Of a stretch of DNA of 32,000 nucleotides, positions 1-8,632 are shown one piece after another. The notes under the pieces were generated by a model, which saw nothing but the letters and a program-made list of their open reading frames with translations, was not told where the DNA came from and ran no database searches. The DNA comes from Escherichia coli (GTDB lineage: Bacteria > Pseudomonadota > Gammaproteobacteria > Enterobacterales > Enterobacteriaceae), in assembly GCF_037560265.1 (NCBI RefSeq), contig NZ_CP148405.1; one strand, 5' to 3'. Within the stretch, counting starts at the first letter, position 1. Every line of letters starts with the position of its first letter. The position numbers and the translations under genes were made by a program.

Positions 1-2
1 AC

Positions 3-1010
3 ACATGGGCAGAGGCCACCTGGTCTCAGCAGCTTGAAGACTGGGTGATGAGTCATGTTCGCTGCTTCCAGTGGTTGGGTGGCGTTCCTGAACTTGTTGT
101 TCCGGACAATCTGAAAAGCGCCACATCCAGGGCATGTAAGTATGATCCTGACGTTAACCCTACCTACCAGCAGATGCTTGAGCATTATAATGTCGCAGTT
201 TTGCCTGCGCGGCCACGTAAACCGAAAGATAAAGCCAAAGCTGAAGTTGGCGTTCAGGTTGTTGAACGCTGGATCATGGCCCGAATCAGGCATGAGATCT
301 TCTACAGCCTTGCATCGCTTAATCAGCGCATTCGGGAGTTGCTGGAAAGACTGAATAACAAAATAATGCAGAAGTTGGGTTATTCACGTGCAGAACTCTT
401 CATCCAGCTTGATAAACCCGCACTGAAGCCTCTTCCTGAAGCCAGTTACAGTTACACCCTGGTGAAGAAAGTCAGAGTTCATGCCGATTACCACGTGGAA
501 ATCGACAAACATTACTACTCGGTTCCATGTTCGCTGTTAGGCCAGCAACTGGAAGCATGGATCTCCGGAGAACTGGTAAGACTCTTCAATCAGGGGCAGG
601 AGGTTGCTGTGCACCCGCGCAAGCGTACTTATGGCTACAGTACCCGCAACGAGCACATGCCTGAAGCTCATCGACAGCATGCCACCTGGACGCCAGAGCG
701 TCTTCTGGAATGGGCGGGGCACATAGGCAGTGAAACTCATAGTTATGTGCTTCATATACTGAACTCTCGTCCACATCCGGAACAAAGCTATCGCTTCTGC
801 CTTGGACTCCTGAACCTTCATAAAAAATACAGTAAAGCCAGACTTAATGCAGCATGTGCAAGAGCTCTGAAAACAAAGGTATGGCGTCTGTCAGGTATTA
901 AATCGATCCTGGAAAAAGGTCTGGATAAACAACCTGTTCAGGATCCAAAACCAGATCTGTTATCCACGATGGAACACGAAAACGTACGCGGCAGTGAGTA
1001 TTACCACTGA
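3..1010 (+). CDS. istA: IS21-family transposase IstA, 5' end outside the window (frame stays open to the left edge)
   Basis: The frame reads upstream of the called GTG at 45 as ...[21 protein letters not shown]. It contains an rve/DDE-type core and is followed 11 bp later by an IstB-type ATPase. Confidence 0.85.
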   Translation, partial: TWAEATWSQQLEDWVMSHVRCFQWLGGVPELVVPDNLKSATSRACKYDPDVNPTYQQMLEHYNVAVLPARPRKPKDKAKAEVGVQVVERWIMARIRHEIFYSLASLNQRIRELLERLNNKIMQKLGYSRAELFIQLDKPALKPLPEASYSYTLVKKVRVHADYHVEIDKHYYSVPCSLLGQQLEAWISGELVRLFNQGQEVAVHPRKRTYGYSTRNEHMPEAHRQHATWTPERLLEWAGHIGSETHSYVLHILNSRPHPEQSYRFCLGLLNLHKKYSKARLNAACARALKTKVWRLSGIKSILEKGLDKQPVQDPKPDLLSTMEHENVRGSEYYH

Positions 1011-1021
1011 TACGGGATCCA

Positions 1022-1771
1022 ATGATGAATCATCTTTACGAACAACTGACCGCACTTAAACTCACCGGCTTCCGTGATGCGCTTAAAAAGCAACTTGCTC
1101 AGCCGGGCACATACCAGGAGCTGGGCTTCGAAGAACGCCTGTCATTACTGACAGCAGAAGAACTAACCTGCCGTGAAAACAGGAAGGCAGAGCGTCTGAT
1201 CAAACATGCACGGTTCAGACTTAATGCTGAGTTATCAAAGCTGGATTATCGTAACAATAGAGGGCTGGACAGGGCCCTCATCCGTTCACTCAGTCAGGGA
1301 AACTGGTTAACCCTGAAACAAAATATTTTACTGACCGGGGCCACCGGCAGCGGTAAAACGTTCCTGGCATGTGCACTTGGTCATAATGCCTGCCGACAGG
1401 GATACAAGGTCTACTATTATCGCCTTAAAGCGCTGATGGAACAGTGCTATCAGGGGCATGCTGATGGAAGATACAGCAAACTTTTGACCAGGCTGAATAA
1501 TAGCGATCTGCTGCTTCTGGATGACTGGGGGCTGGAACCTCTCTCATCAGAACAGCGTAGCGACCTGCTGGAAATAGTGGATCTGATGTACCAACGAGGC
1601 TCAATCATCGTAGTGAGCCAGTTGCCGGTGGAAAACTGGTACAAAATGATCGGAGACTCCACACATGCGGATGCCATCCTAGATCGACTGGTTCATGGCA
1701 GTATCAAGATCGAACTTAAAGGAGAATCAATGCGGAAAATACAATCTCCGTTGACCGAAGGAGATCAGTGA
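1022..1771 (+). CDS. istB: IS21-family helper ATPase IstB
   Basis: 249 aa; Walker A GATGSGKT, Walker B LLLLDDWG; directly downstream of istA. Confidence 0.9.
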   Translation: MMNHLYEQLTALKLTGFRDALKKQLAQPGTYQELGFEERLSLLTAEELTCRENRKAERLIKHARFRLNAELSKLDYRNNRGLDRALIRSLSQGNWLTLKQNILLTGATGSGKTFLACALGHNACRQGYKVYYYRLKALMEQCYQGHADGRYSKLLTRLNNSDLLLLDDWGLEPLSSEQRSDLLEIVDLMYQRGSIIVVSQLPVENWYKMIGDSTHADAILDRLVHGSIKIELKGESMRKIQSPLTEGDQ

Positions 1772-1821
1772 AGGTAATTTAAAAACGGTTCTGTGAAAGT
1801 GACACGAACCGATCTCCATCG

Positions 1822-2304
1822 ATGTTACTCACCGATCTCCTTCACGGTAATACGCAGCAGCTTCGCGGACAGCAAAAACACGTGGTGACGCCGGGTCAGA
1901 ATGAAAAATATTATCTGGCTGGCGCGTTACACAGCGGAACGGGAAAAGTGAGTTATGTGGGTGGCAACAGCAAGAGCTCCACTTTATTTATCAGTCTGTT
2001 GAAACACCTGAAATCGACATACCGACGGTCTAAAACTATCATGCTCATCGTGGACAACTACATCATCCACAAAAGCCGGGAAACACAGCGCTGGCTGAAG
2101 CAGAATCCGAAGTTCAGGGTGATTTATCAGCTGGTTTACTCTCCATGGGTGAATCACGTTGAACGGCTATGGCAGGCGCTTCACGACACAATAACGCACA
2201 ACCATCAGTGCCGTTCAATGTGGTAGTTGCTGAAAAAGATTCACCATTTTATGGGAACCGTCAGCCCATTCCCCGGAGGTAATTATGGACAGGCAAAAGT
2301 GTAG
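1822..2304 (+). pseudogene. IS630-family transposase remnant: 5' truncated, with an in-frame TAG at 2224-2226
   Basis: Encodes GKVSYVGG...TIMLIVDNYIIHKSRETQRWLKQNPKF...YSPWVNHVERLWQALHDTITHNHQCRSMW*LLKKIHHFMGTVSPFPGGNYGQAKV*. Homology continues in the same frame past the stop to 2304. Confidence 0.75.
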
Positions 2305-2387
2305 CGGTATTAGGCACAGCTATTTAGTATTAAGACTATCACTTATTTAAGTGATATTGGTTGTCTGGAAATAAGGGGGCAAGAACA

Positions 2388-2724
2388 AGTGGCTGACGGA
2401 TAATGGTTCATGCTACCGGGCGAATGAAACACGTCAGTTCGCCAGGATGTTGGGACTTGAACCGAAGAACACGGCAGTGCGGAGTCCGGAGAGTAGCGGA
2501 ATAGCAGAGAGCTTCGTGAAAACGATAAAGCGTGATTACATAAGTATCATGCCCAAACCAGACGGGTTAACGGCAGCAAAGAACCTTGCAGAGGCGTTCG
2601 AGCATTATAACGAATGGCATCCGCATAGTGCACTGGGTTATCGCTCGCCACGGGAATATCTGCGGCAGCGGGCTTGTAATGGGTTAAGTGATAACAGATG
2701 TCTGGAAATATAGGGGCAAATCCA
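2388..2724 (+). mobile_element. IS2 3' fragment (OrfB C-terminus plus right terminal inverted repeat)
   Basis: Frame [35 protein letters not shown]...[27 protein letters not shown] (ORF 2447-2713), followed by the terminal sequence tgtctggaaatataggggcaaatcca ending at 2724. Confidence 0.85.
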
Positions 2725-2853
2725 CTGGTTGATAATAGCTGATGTCCTTTTCAGCTATTAATGTGTTTATTTTAGCGTAAAATTATACTCGTATTTTTAT
2801 AACTTTATGAGATTGCCAGATTTGGTCGATAAATAATAATGCCAGTGACAGAC

Positions 2854-3672
2854 TTACTTATTAGGGACAAATTTCGCGAGGATATCAGGTTCACTGGCAA
2901 CATAAATGCTTTCATCAGACAGAGTTACAATTCCTTCAGGTTGGGGCAAATCACTGGTCAGAGAATGATTTCCTTTTGTCAGGTCAAGCATCTCAATGAA
3001 AGACATCTCTGTCAGGTTAAACTTGAGTAAGTTACGCGATTCATCGGACAGAATCATCAGACTTTCATTATTAAAGGCCAGGCCGGATATATCGTTAATA
3101 CGTATATCATTTAGTTCCTCTGGAATAGTTGCTTGCTTTACACTCAGCAGGTCTGGAGAAAGTTGATATATAAATATTTTACTTGGGCGTCTTTCTTTTG
3201 CGACAAACAGCATCCGATCATCTGCTTTCCATGCCAGCCCTTCAAATCCTCTATTCTTTTTATTGAATTTTTCTAACTGAATTTTATTTCGAAAGGAGAT
3301 ATGCATATCTTTTGTAACTGTAAAAAAGAATAGTTCAGAAGTGTTTTCGTCTACTGCAGCAAAAATGTTCCCTTGTATGTGTTCAATTGTTTCAGCATCA
3401 GAGATAAAAGGCAGCGGAGCTCTGTCCATGATGTCGCCACTTTTGGTTATTTTAAATAGCTGTGCAGGGCTATTCTGGGTGGCATACAGGAAATCATCCT
3501 CTTTATTATAAGTAAGAGATGATAAGTTCACCGTATTTGGTAATTGTTTTATAAATGAAAGTGAGTGTTCTTGAGGTGATTTTTTGTAAGTACAATTAAA
3601 TGGAAATAATATTAATATGGTTAGCATAATAAATATCGCAATGAAAAATGCAATTAATGGTTTTCTTTTCAT
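2854..3672 (-). CDS. rorf1: LEE Rorf1; N-terminal membrane anchor plus YjiK/SdiA-regulated-like beta-propeller domain
   Basis: 272 aa, N-terminal hydrophobic segment (PLIAFFIAIFIMLTILILFPF), motif FEGLAWKADDRMLFVAKE and DISGLAFN; next to espG as in other LEEs. Confidence 0.8.
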   Translation of the reverse strand: MKRKPLIAFFIAIFIMLTILILFPFNCTYKKSPQEHSLSFIKQLPNTVNLSSLTYNKEDDFLYATQNSPAQLFKITKSGDIMDRAPLPFISDAETIEHIQGNIFAAVDENTSELFFFTVTKDMHISFRNKIQLEKFNKKNRGFEGLAWKADDRMLFVAKERRPSKIFIYQLSPDLLSVKQATIPEELNDIRINDISGLAFNNESLMILSDESRNLLKFNLTEMSFIEMLDLTKGNHSLTSDLPQPEGIVTLSDESIYVASEPDILAKFVPNK

Positions 3673-3799
3673 TTTCTCTATTTACTGTAAATTGTTTGCA
3701 GAACAAATATCTTTGTTTAATTGTAATTAACTTCAGGGTGAATTGTTAATAATTGTGGGTGTAATTTCTATTATTGATTTTGATTAATAAAGTTTTATT

Positions 3800-4996
3800 T
3801 TAAGTGTTTTGTAAGTACGTTTCAGATGCAGCATACCTTGGTTGTAGCGCTCTTACCATTTCATCGATTGTACATTTCACACCTTGCGGCACTTCATAAG
3901 AAGTCCTGTTCGTCAACATGCCCATCTCGTTGGGGCGGTCTTCTGGCGCCATTATCAGAACCCCGGTATGGCTGGTAACATAAATGTTTCCATCTGATGA
4001 TTGAGAGATACTTATGTTAATGCAAGCGTTAGGTGTATCTAACGATCTTTCCGCATTGTATTCACTGGCTTTAGAGATCCTTTCATGTGTCAACGTTAAG
4101 GCTGGCACATTGAAAGATTGATAGAAAGCCGAGCATATGGCCGTTGCTGCTTCTGGATGGCATAAAAATTCCACAACTTCAGCTTTCTGATTATCGCTGC
4201 CGCTGCTTTCTCTTGCTATTTGCTCTGCATCATGGCGAGAAATACCATGATCTATAACATTCCGGGAAGGTGATGAGTGTGTGTCTTTAAGTCCTAGTGC
4301 ATCGCGAAGCAACATTTGTGCATTTGCAGGTATATCAACACCATTGAGTGAAAGCTTTGCATTGCCGAGTCCTCGACATGTATCCATAAAGATAGAGCTG
4401 AATGGTGTAGGCCCGGAAAGCGGATCTGTTTGAGCATTATGCGGAATCAAGGTTGTTGATAGTTTTGACGTAAAACCAAGTAGATTGCGCATTGAGGTAG
4501 TATCAGTCAGGTCAATCTCAGATAAGGCACGATGAACCTGAATGTATGGCATGTGGCGATCGATGGGTAAAGATTGTAATAACCTATTTTGTTCGTTTGA
4601 CTCTAGGAGCACAAAAATCTTTTCATTATCTGGTGTGCGAATCTCGGCTTCAATACTTTCGCTGTTAGTGACGGAAATTCTTAAGGATGAGCCATCTGAA
4701 AAACGAGCAGATACTCTGCCTAATTCATTGGGAAGTGGAGATACAGGCTCTAAAACGGTTAACAACTCTTGAAATGATTGTCTTTCACTACGACTGTACG
4801 TTGGATTCCATAAACCAAGACTAAGTACTTTAAGTAACTTTTCAGCGCATGACATCTCATCCCAGCTTTTTTTAAACCCAGAATTAACTTTCATTGCAGC
4901 ATCTAAAACTAAAGATGCGGAGTCATTATTAAGTCCATTTATCATGAGAGATTCTCCTATCTGGTTTGTAATGAACAATTTGGCAACAAGTATCAT
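3800..4996 (-). CDS. espG: T3SS effector EspG
   Basis: 398 aa beginning MILVAKLFITNQIGESLMINGLNNDSASLVLDAAMKVNSGFKKSWDEMSC; full length and characteristic throughout. Confidence 0.95.
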   Translation of the reverse strand: MILVAKLFITNQIGESLMINGLNNDSASLVLDAAMKVNSGFKKSWDEMSCAEKLLKVLSLGLWNPTYSRSERQSFQELLTVLEPVSPLPNELGRVSARFSDGSSLRISVTNSESIEAEIRTPDNEKIFVLLESNEQNRLLQSLPIDRHMPYIQVHRALSEIDLTDTTSMRNLLGFTSKLSTTLIPHNAQTDPLSGPTPFSSIFMDTCRGLGNAKLSLNGVDIPANAQMLLRDALGLKDTHSSPSRNVIDHGISRHDAEQIARESSGSDNQKAEVVEFLCHPEAATAICSAFYQSFNVPALTLTHERISKASEYNAERSLDTPNACINISISQSSDGNIYVTSHTGVLIMAPEDRPNEMGMLTNRTSYEVPQGVKCTIDEMVRALQPRYAASETYLQNT

Positions 4997-5431
4997 ATAG
5001 CATCATATAGTGTCAATAATATACAAGATATTTATAGCGGGTATTTTAAACGCATAGAAAGTTATTTTTACCTTCTGAAAAATAAGTGAAAATATTAATC
5101 TAATGACGGATAATTGATTGCAAGTGATGCGTCAGCCATAGTTTTTGTGTCTATAAAAAGGTTGTGATTATTTACATAAGTAATAGAATTTAGATAATTT
5201 TTATTGTGACGATAAAATATACCATTAATGATTGATTTAGAGACACTGGCTTTCTGAATCGCCACGGATAATCTAGACACTTCCGAGCCGTTGATAATAC
5301 TGGTTTTCATATTCTGTCGGTGACATCTGTTCGCTAGAACCATGCCGACGCTTACTGTTATAAAACATTTCGATGTAATCAAAAATATCACTGCGGGCTT
5401 CTGATCCTACCCACGTAATATGGACACAGGC

Positions 5432-6298
5432 CTAAGCGAGGTTCTTGTTTTCAAATTGTTCCGGACTGAGGCCGCCACACCAACTGTGCCGCCGCCACCG
5501 ATTGTAATCACATTCGATATAATTAAATACCGTTGCCCGCATTATTTCCCGGCTGATAAAGTGTTCTCCATGGATACATTCCACTTTCAGCGAATGAAAG
5601 AAGCTTTCCACGCAGGCATTATCGTAGCAGCAACCTTTTGCGCTCATACTTCCACGCAGATTATGCCGCTTCAGTTGCGCCTGATAATCTGCTGAACAGT
5701 ACTGGCCTCCACGGTCCGTGTGAACGATAACGTTCCGGGGCCTCTTACGCCACCACAGCGCCATCTGCAGGGCATCGCAGGCCAGTTGCGCCGTCATGCG
5801 TGGCGACATTGACCAGCCAATAACGGCACGTGACCACAGGTCAATGACCACTGCCAGATACAGCCAGCCTTCATCTGTACGTAAGTACGTGATGTCTCCT
5901 GCCCACTTCTGGTTCGGGCCACTGGCGTAAAAATCCTGCTCCAACAGATTTTCTGACACAGGCAGGCCGTGTGCGCGGTAGCTGACCGGGCTGAACTTCC
6001 GGGAGGCCTTTGCCCTCAGTCCCTGACGGCGCAGGCTTGCCGCCACGGTTTTTACGTTAAAGGGGTAACCCTGAGCACGCAGTTCATCCGTCAGGCGTGG
6101 GGCACCGTAACGCTGTTTTGACCGGGTAAAAGCCGCGAGGACAACGCTGTCGCAGTGTTGGCGGAACTGCTGACGCGTGCTTATCCTTGTCCGCCGCTGA
6201 CACCACGTATACCAGCCGCTGCGGGCCACCCGGAGCACGCGGCACATTGCTTTGATGCTGAACTCAGCCTGATGTTTTTCAATAAAGACATACTTCAT
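5432..6298 (-). CDS. insF: IS3 transposase OrfB (InsF)
   Basis: 288 aa with [35 protein letters not shown] region [24 protein letters not shown]. Confidence 0.95.
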   Translation of the reverse strand: MKYVFIEKHQAEFSIKAMCRVLRVARSGWYTWCQRRTRISTRQQFRQHCDSVVLAAFTRSKQRYGAPRLTDELRAQGYPFNVKTVAASLRRQGLRAKASRKFSPVSYRAHGLPVSENLLEQDFYASGPNQKWAGDITYLRTDEGWLYLAVVIDLWSRAVIGWSMSPRMTAQLACDALQMALWWRKRPRNVIVHTDRGGQYCSADYQAQLKRHNLRGSMSAKGCCYDNACVESFFHSLKVECIHGEHFISREIMRATVFNYIECDYNRWRRHSWCGGLSPEQFENKNLA

Positions 6299-6603
6299 TT
6301 CAGGCGCTTCGCGAAGTATGTCGCGGCCTTTTGGAGGATAGCCAGCTCTTCATCCCGTTCTGCCAGCTGGCGTTTGAGACGTGCAATCTCGGTAGACATC
6401 TCCAGTTCACGTTCAGAAGACGTCTGCTGATTTTGCTGTTTACTGCGCCAGTTGTAGAGCTGTGATTCATACAGGCTGAGTTCACGGGCTGCGGCAGTAA
6501 CACCGATGCGTTCAGCAAGCTTCAGGGCTTCACTGCGAAATTCAGGCGAATGCTGTTTACGGGGTTTTTTACTGGTTGATACTGTTTTTGTCATGTGAGT
6601 CAC
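6295..6603 (-). CDS. insE: IS3 OrfA (InsE)
   Basis: [39 protein letters not shown]..., helix-turn-helix followed by leucine zipper; ATGA overlap with OrfB. Confidence 0.95.
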   Translation of the reverse strand: MTHMTKTVSTSKKPRKQHSPEFRSEALKLAERIGVTAAARELSLYESQLYNWRSKQQNQQTSSERELEMSTEIARLKRQLAERDEELAILQKAATYFAKRLK

Positions 6604-6902
6604 CTCTGACTGAGAGTTTACTCACTTAGCCGCGTGTCCACTATTGCTGGGTAAGATCATATCTCCCCGGCAGCCTTCAGGAAAATATTATCAGATAACT
6701 GCGTAAAAAAAGAACAAATGGTTGTGTCCGCTATTGCCAGTACACCTGAGTTTACAGCCTTTCAGATTATCACAATCAATAGCGAACAGACTTTTGAGCT
6801 ATGTGCGCTTTTAACAAAACGCCCCTTTCTCCACTTTCACCGTATAATAATACATTATTAATTACAATCCCCCCAATAAAAACCGATATTACTAATTATA
6901 TT

Positions 6903-7029
6903 TATACTCTAAATAATTCGAATTGCAGGAAGGCGGCAAGCGAGTGAACCCCCAGAAGCTTACATAAGTAAGTGACTGGGGGGAGCGAACGCAGTCGCAA
7001 CACATGCAACTTGAAGTATGACGAGTATA
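6903..7029. repeat. ERIC element (enterobacterial repetitive intergenic consensus), full 127 bp
   Basis: tatactc...gtgaacccccagaagcttacataagtaagtgactggggggagcg...gagtata. Near-match to the ERIC core, exact 127-bp span, matching tatactc/gagtata ends. Confidence 0.92.
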
Positions 7030-7108
7030 TTACTACACAGTTTGATATCGGCTTTTATTAGTTGGCAAATAAATAATCAACACCGGTTAATCGTTTTAAA
7101 TTAGTTGA

Positions 7109-7897
7109 TTATACTTTTTTCGATTGCTCATAGGCAGCTAAATGATCTTTTAATGCCTGTGCAATGGGCGGTAGTCCACCAGACTCGGATGCCTGTCCAC
7201 TTGTTGGTGGCGGGGGTGCCTGACGGGTTGGCTTAAAGCTTACAGTCTCAGACGCTTTCGATAGTTCATAGGCAGCTAAATGATCTTTTAATGCCTGTGC
7301 AATGGGCGGTAGTCCACCAAGCCCGGATGCCTGTCCACTTGTTGGTGGCGGGGGTGCCTGACGGGTTGGCTTAAAGCTTACAGTCTCAGACGCTTTCGAT
7401 AGTTCATAGGCAGCTAAATGATCTTTTAATGCCTGTGCAATGGGCGGTAGTCCACCAAGCCCGGATGCCTGTCCACTTGTTGGTGGCGGGGGTGCCTGAC
7501 GGGTTGGCTTAAAGCTTACAGTCTCAGACGCTTTCGATAGTTCATAGGCAGCTAAATGATCTTTTAATGCCTGTGCAATGGGCGGTAGCCCGGCAGACCC
7601 GGATGCCTGTCCACTTGTCGGTGGCGGTGGTGCCGGGCGAGTAGGAGTAAATGAAGTCGCCATCTGACTCATACGACTCATCTGACTCATCTGACTCATA
7701 TGACTCATATTAAAAGTCGTTCTCGCATTAATATTCGACGAACCTGGAGAAAAAGGGGAATGAAATCTCACCGGAGTAAGACGCACAGTCTGAGGAGCTA
7801 CAGAAAATCCAGATACCCCCGCAGAGCCCACTCGACTTGCGACACCTCTAAGATGCCGCCCTATTGTAGAAACAGCGTTACTAATTCCATTAAGCAT
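7109..7897 (-). CDS. espF: T3SS effector EspF (proline-rich repeat protein)
   Basis: 262 aa; MLNGISNA mitochondrial targeting N-terminus; four R(P/Q)APPPP...LPPIAQALKDHLAAYE modules. Confidence 0.95.
   Translation of the reverse strand: MLNGISNAVSTIGRHLRGVASRVGSAGVSGFSVAPQTVRLTPVRFHSPFSPGSSNINARTTFNMSHMSQMSQMSRMSQMATSFTPTRPAPPPPTSGQASGSAGLPPIAQALKDHLAAYELSKASETVSFKPTRQAPPPPTSGQASGLGGLPPIAQALKDHLAAYELSKASETVSFKPTRQAPPPPTSGQASGLGGLPPIAQALKDHLAAYELSKASETVSFKPTRQAPPPPTSGQASESGGLPPIAQALKDHLAAYEQSKKV
7118..7651 (-). repeat. Four in-frame tandem modules (138 bp / 46 aa period, last one truncated) in espF
   Basis: F(T/K)PTR(P/Q)APPPPTSGQAS..GLPPIAQALKDHLAAYE(L/Q)SK repeated at residues 83, 129, 175 and 221. 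Confidence 0.95.
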
Positions 7898-8092
7898 AAT
7901 TTATGTCTCTTTATATCTAATTAATTGGGGTTATTATTAATTCATATTAAAACTATAACTCATTAAATTAAATGCATATGGAAATATGAATACTTTTGTA
8001 CAGCTGTATTTATCATTCTGATATGATGAATGCCTGGCGAACTCTCATAATATATCAAAACAAATAATTAAATTATTTTAAATCAATATAAA

Positions 8093-8371
8093 TTAAAATC
8101 CTCGTACCCAGCCACTACCATTCTCATGGACCAAACTGTACAATAACTGACTCGTCTCATCATCCATACAGTTCTCCAAAGCCTTTACCGCATCATTTTT
8201 TCTATTTAATCCGAATAAGATAATAAATTCTAAATGTGCGATATCTTTTTTATCAGGTATAATTTGCGGAAATACATTCAGGATAGCTTCCGCATATTTG
8301 GGAAGCTTATGATTTGCCGCGGCTACAGCTGCCCACACCAGTATCTTATTGGCAGAAACATCATTAACCAT
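8093..8371 (-). CDS. escG: T3SS needle co-chaperone EscG
   Basis: 92 aa, located between espF and escF as in LEE4 (formerly Orf29). Confidence 0.85.
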   Translation of the reverse strand: MVNDVSANKILVWAAVAAANHKLPKYAEAILNVFPQIIPDKKDIAHLEFIILFGLNRKNDAVKALENCMDDETSQLLYSLVHENGSGWVRGF

Positions 8372-8376
8372 AAAAA

Positions 8377-8598
8377 TTAAAAGCTACGGTTGGAAATGGT
8401 TGAGACCAGATCTTTTATCGTTTTCAGCATTCCACTTTCTACGTTAACATAAGCAGAATATTGCTGAACCGCAAACTGCAACTCTAACATTTTTTCAGGG
8501 TCATTAACCAAATCGGTGCTATTAAGTAACTCTGGCACAGAATCGCTCAGTGTTTTACCTACCTCACCCATTTGTTGAGTAATTTCAGATAAATTCAT
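8377..8598 (-). CDS. escF: T3SS needle subunit EscF
   Basis: 73 aa, MNLSEITQQMGEVGKTLSDSVPELL; size and LEE4 position. Confidence 0.92.
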   Translation of the reverse strand: MNLSEITQQMGEVGKTLSDSVPELLNSTDLVNDPEKMLELQFAVQQYSAYVNVESGMLKTIKDLVSTISNRSF

Positions 8599-8632
8599 TA
8601 AATCTCCTTAATAGTTAACAAAATAAAAATCC

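Larger units (their letters stand above)
1..1845 (+). mobile_element. IS21-family element, left part outside the window, right end approximately 1845
   Basis: istA-istB pair followed by short direct and inverted repeats (gaaggagatcagtga 1757-1771 against tcaccgatctccttc 1829-1843; accgatctcc twice), after which IS630-like coding sequence begins. The exact end is not established. Confidence 0.6.
5402..6659 (-). mobile_element. IS3: IS3, complete, 1258 bp
   Basis: Terminal repeats tgatcctacccacgtaatatggacacaggcctaag (5402) and revcomp of TGATCTTACCCAGCAATAGTGGACACGCGGCTAAGTGAG (ends 6659). Contains both ORFs, and the length matches IS3. Confidence 0.95.

Noticed and set aside
2839-3030. 63-aa plus-strand ORF opposite rorf1
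   Set aside because: Antisense shadow with no supporting features.
5095-5391. 98-aa minus ORF as a new LEE gene
   Set aside because: No recognisable domain. Kept only as part of the spacer finding, not called as a gene.
5420-6518. Plus-strand ORFs 5420-5695, 6155-6430 and minus ORF 6300-6518 inside IS3
   Set aside because: They overlap insE/insF in other frames and have no recognisable domains; treated as spurious.
7118-7651. Regular repeats that could suggest a CRISPR or other array
   Set aside because: Period is 138 bp, in frame, and encodes the known EspF proline-rich modules.
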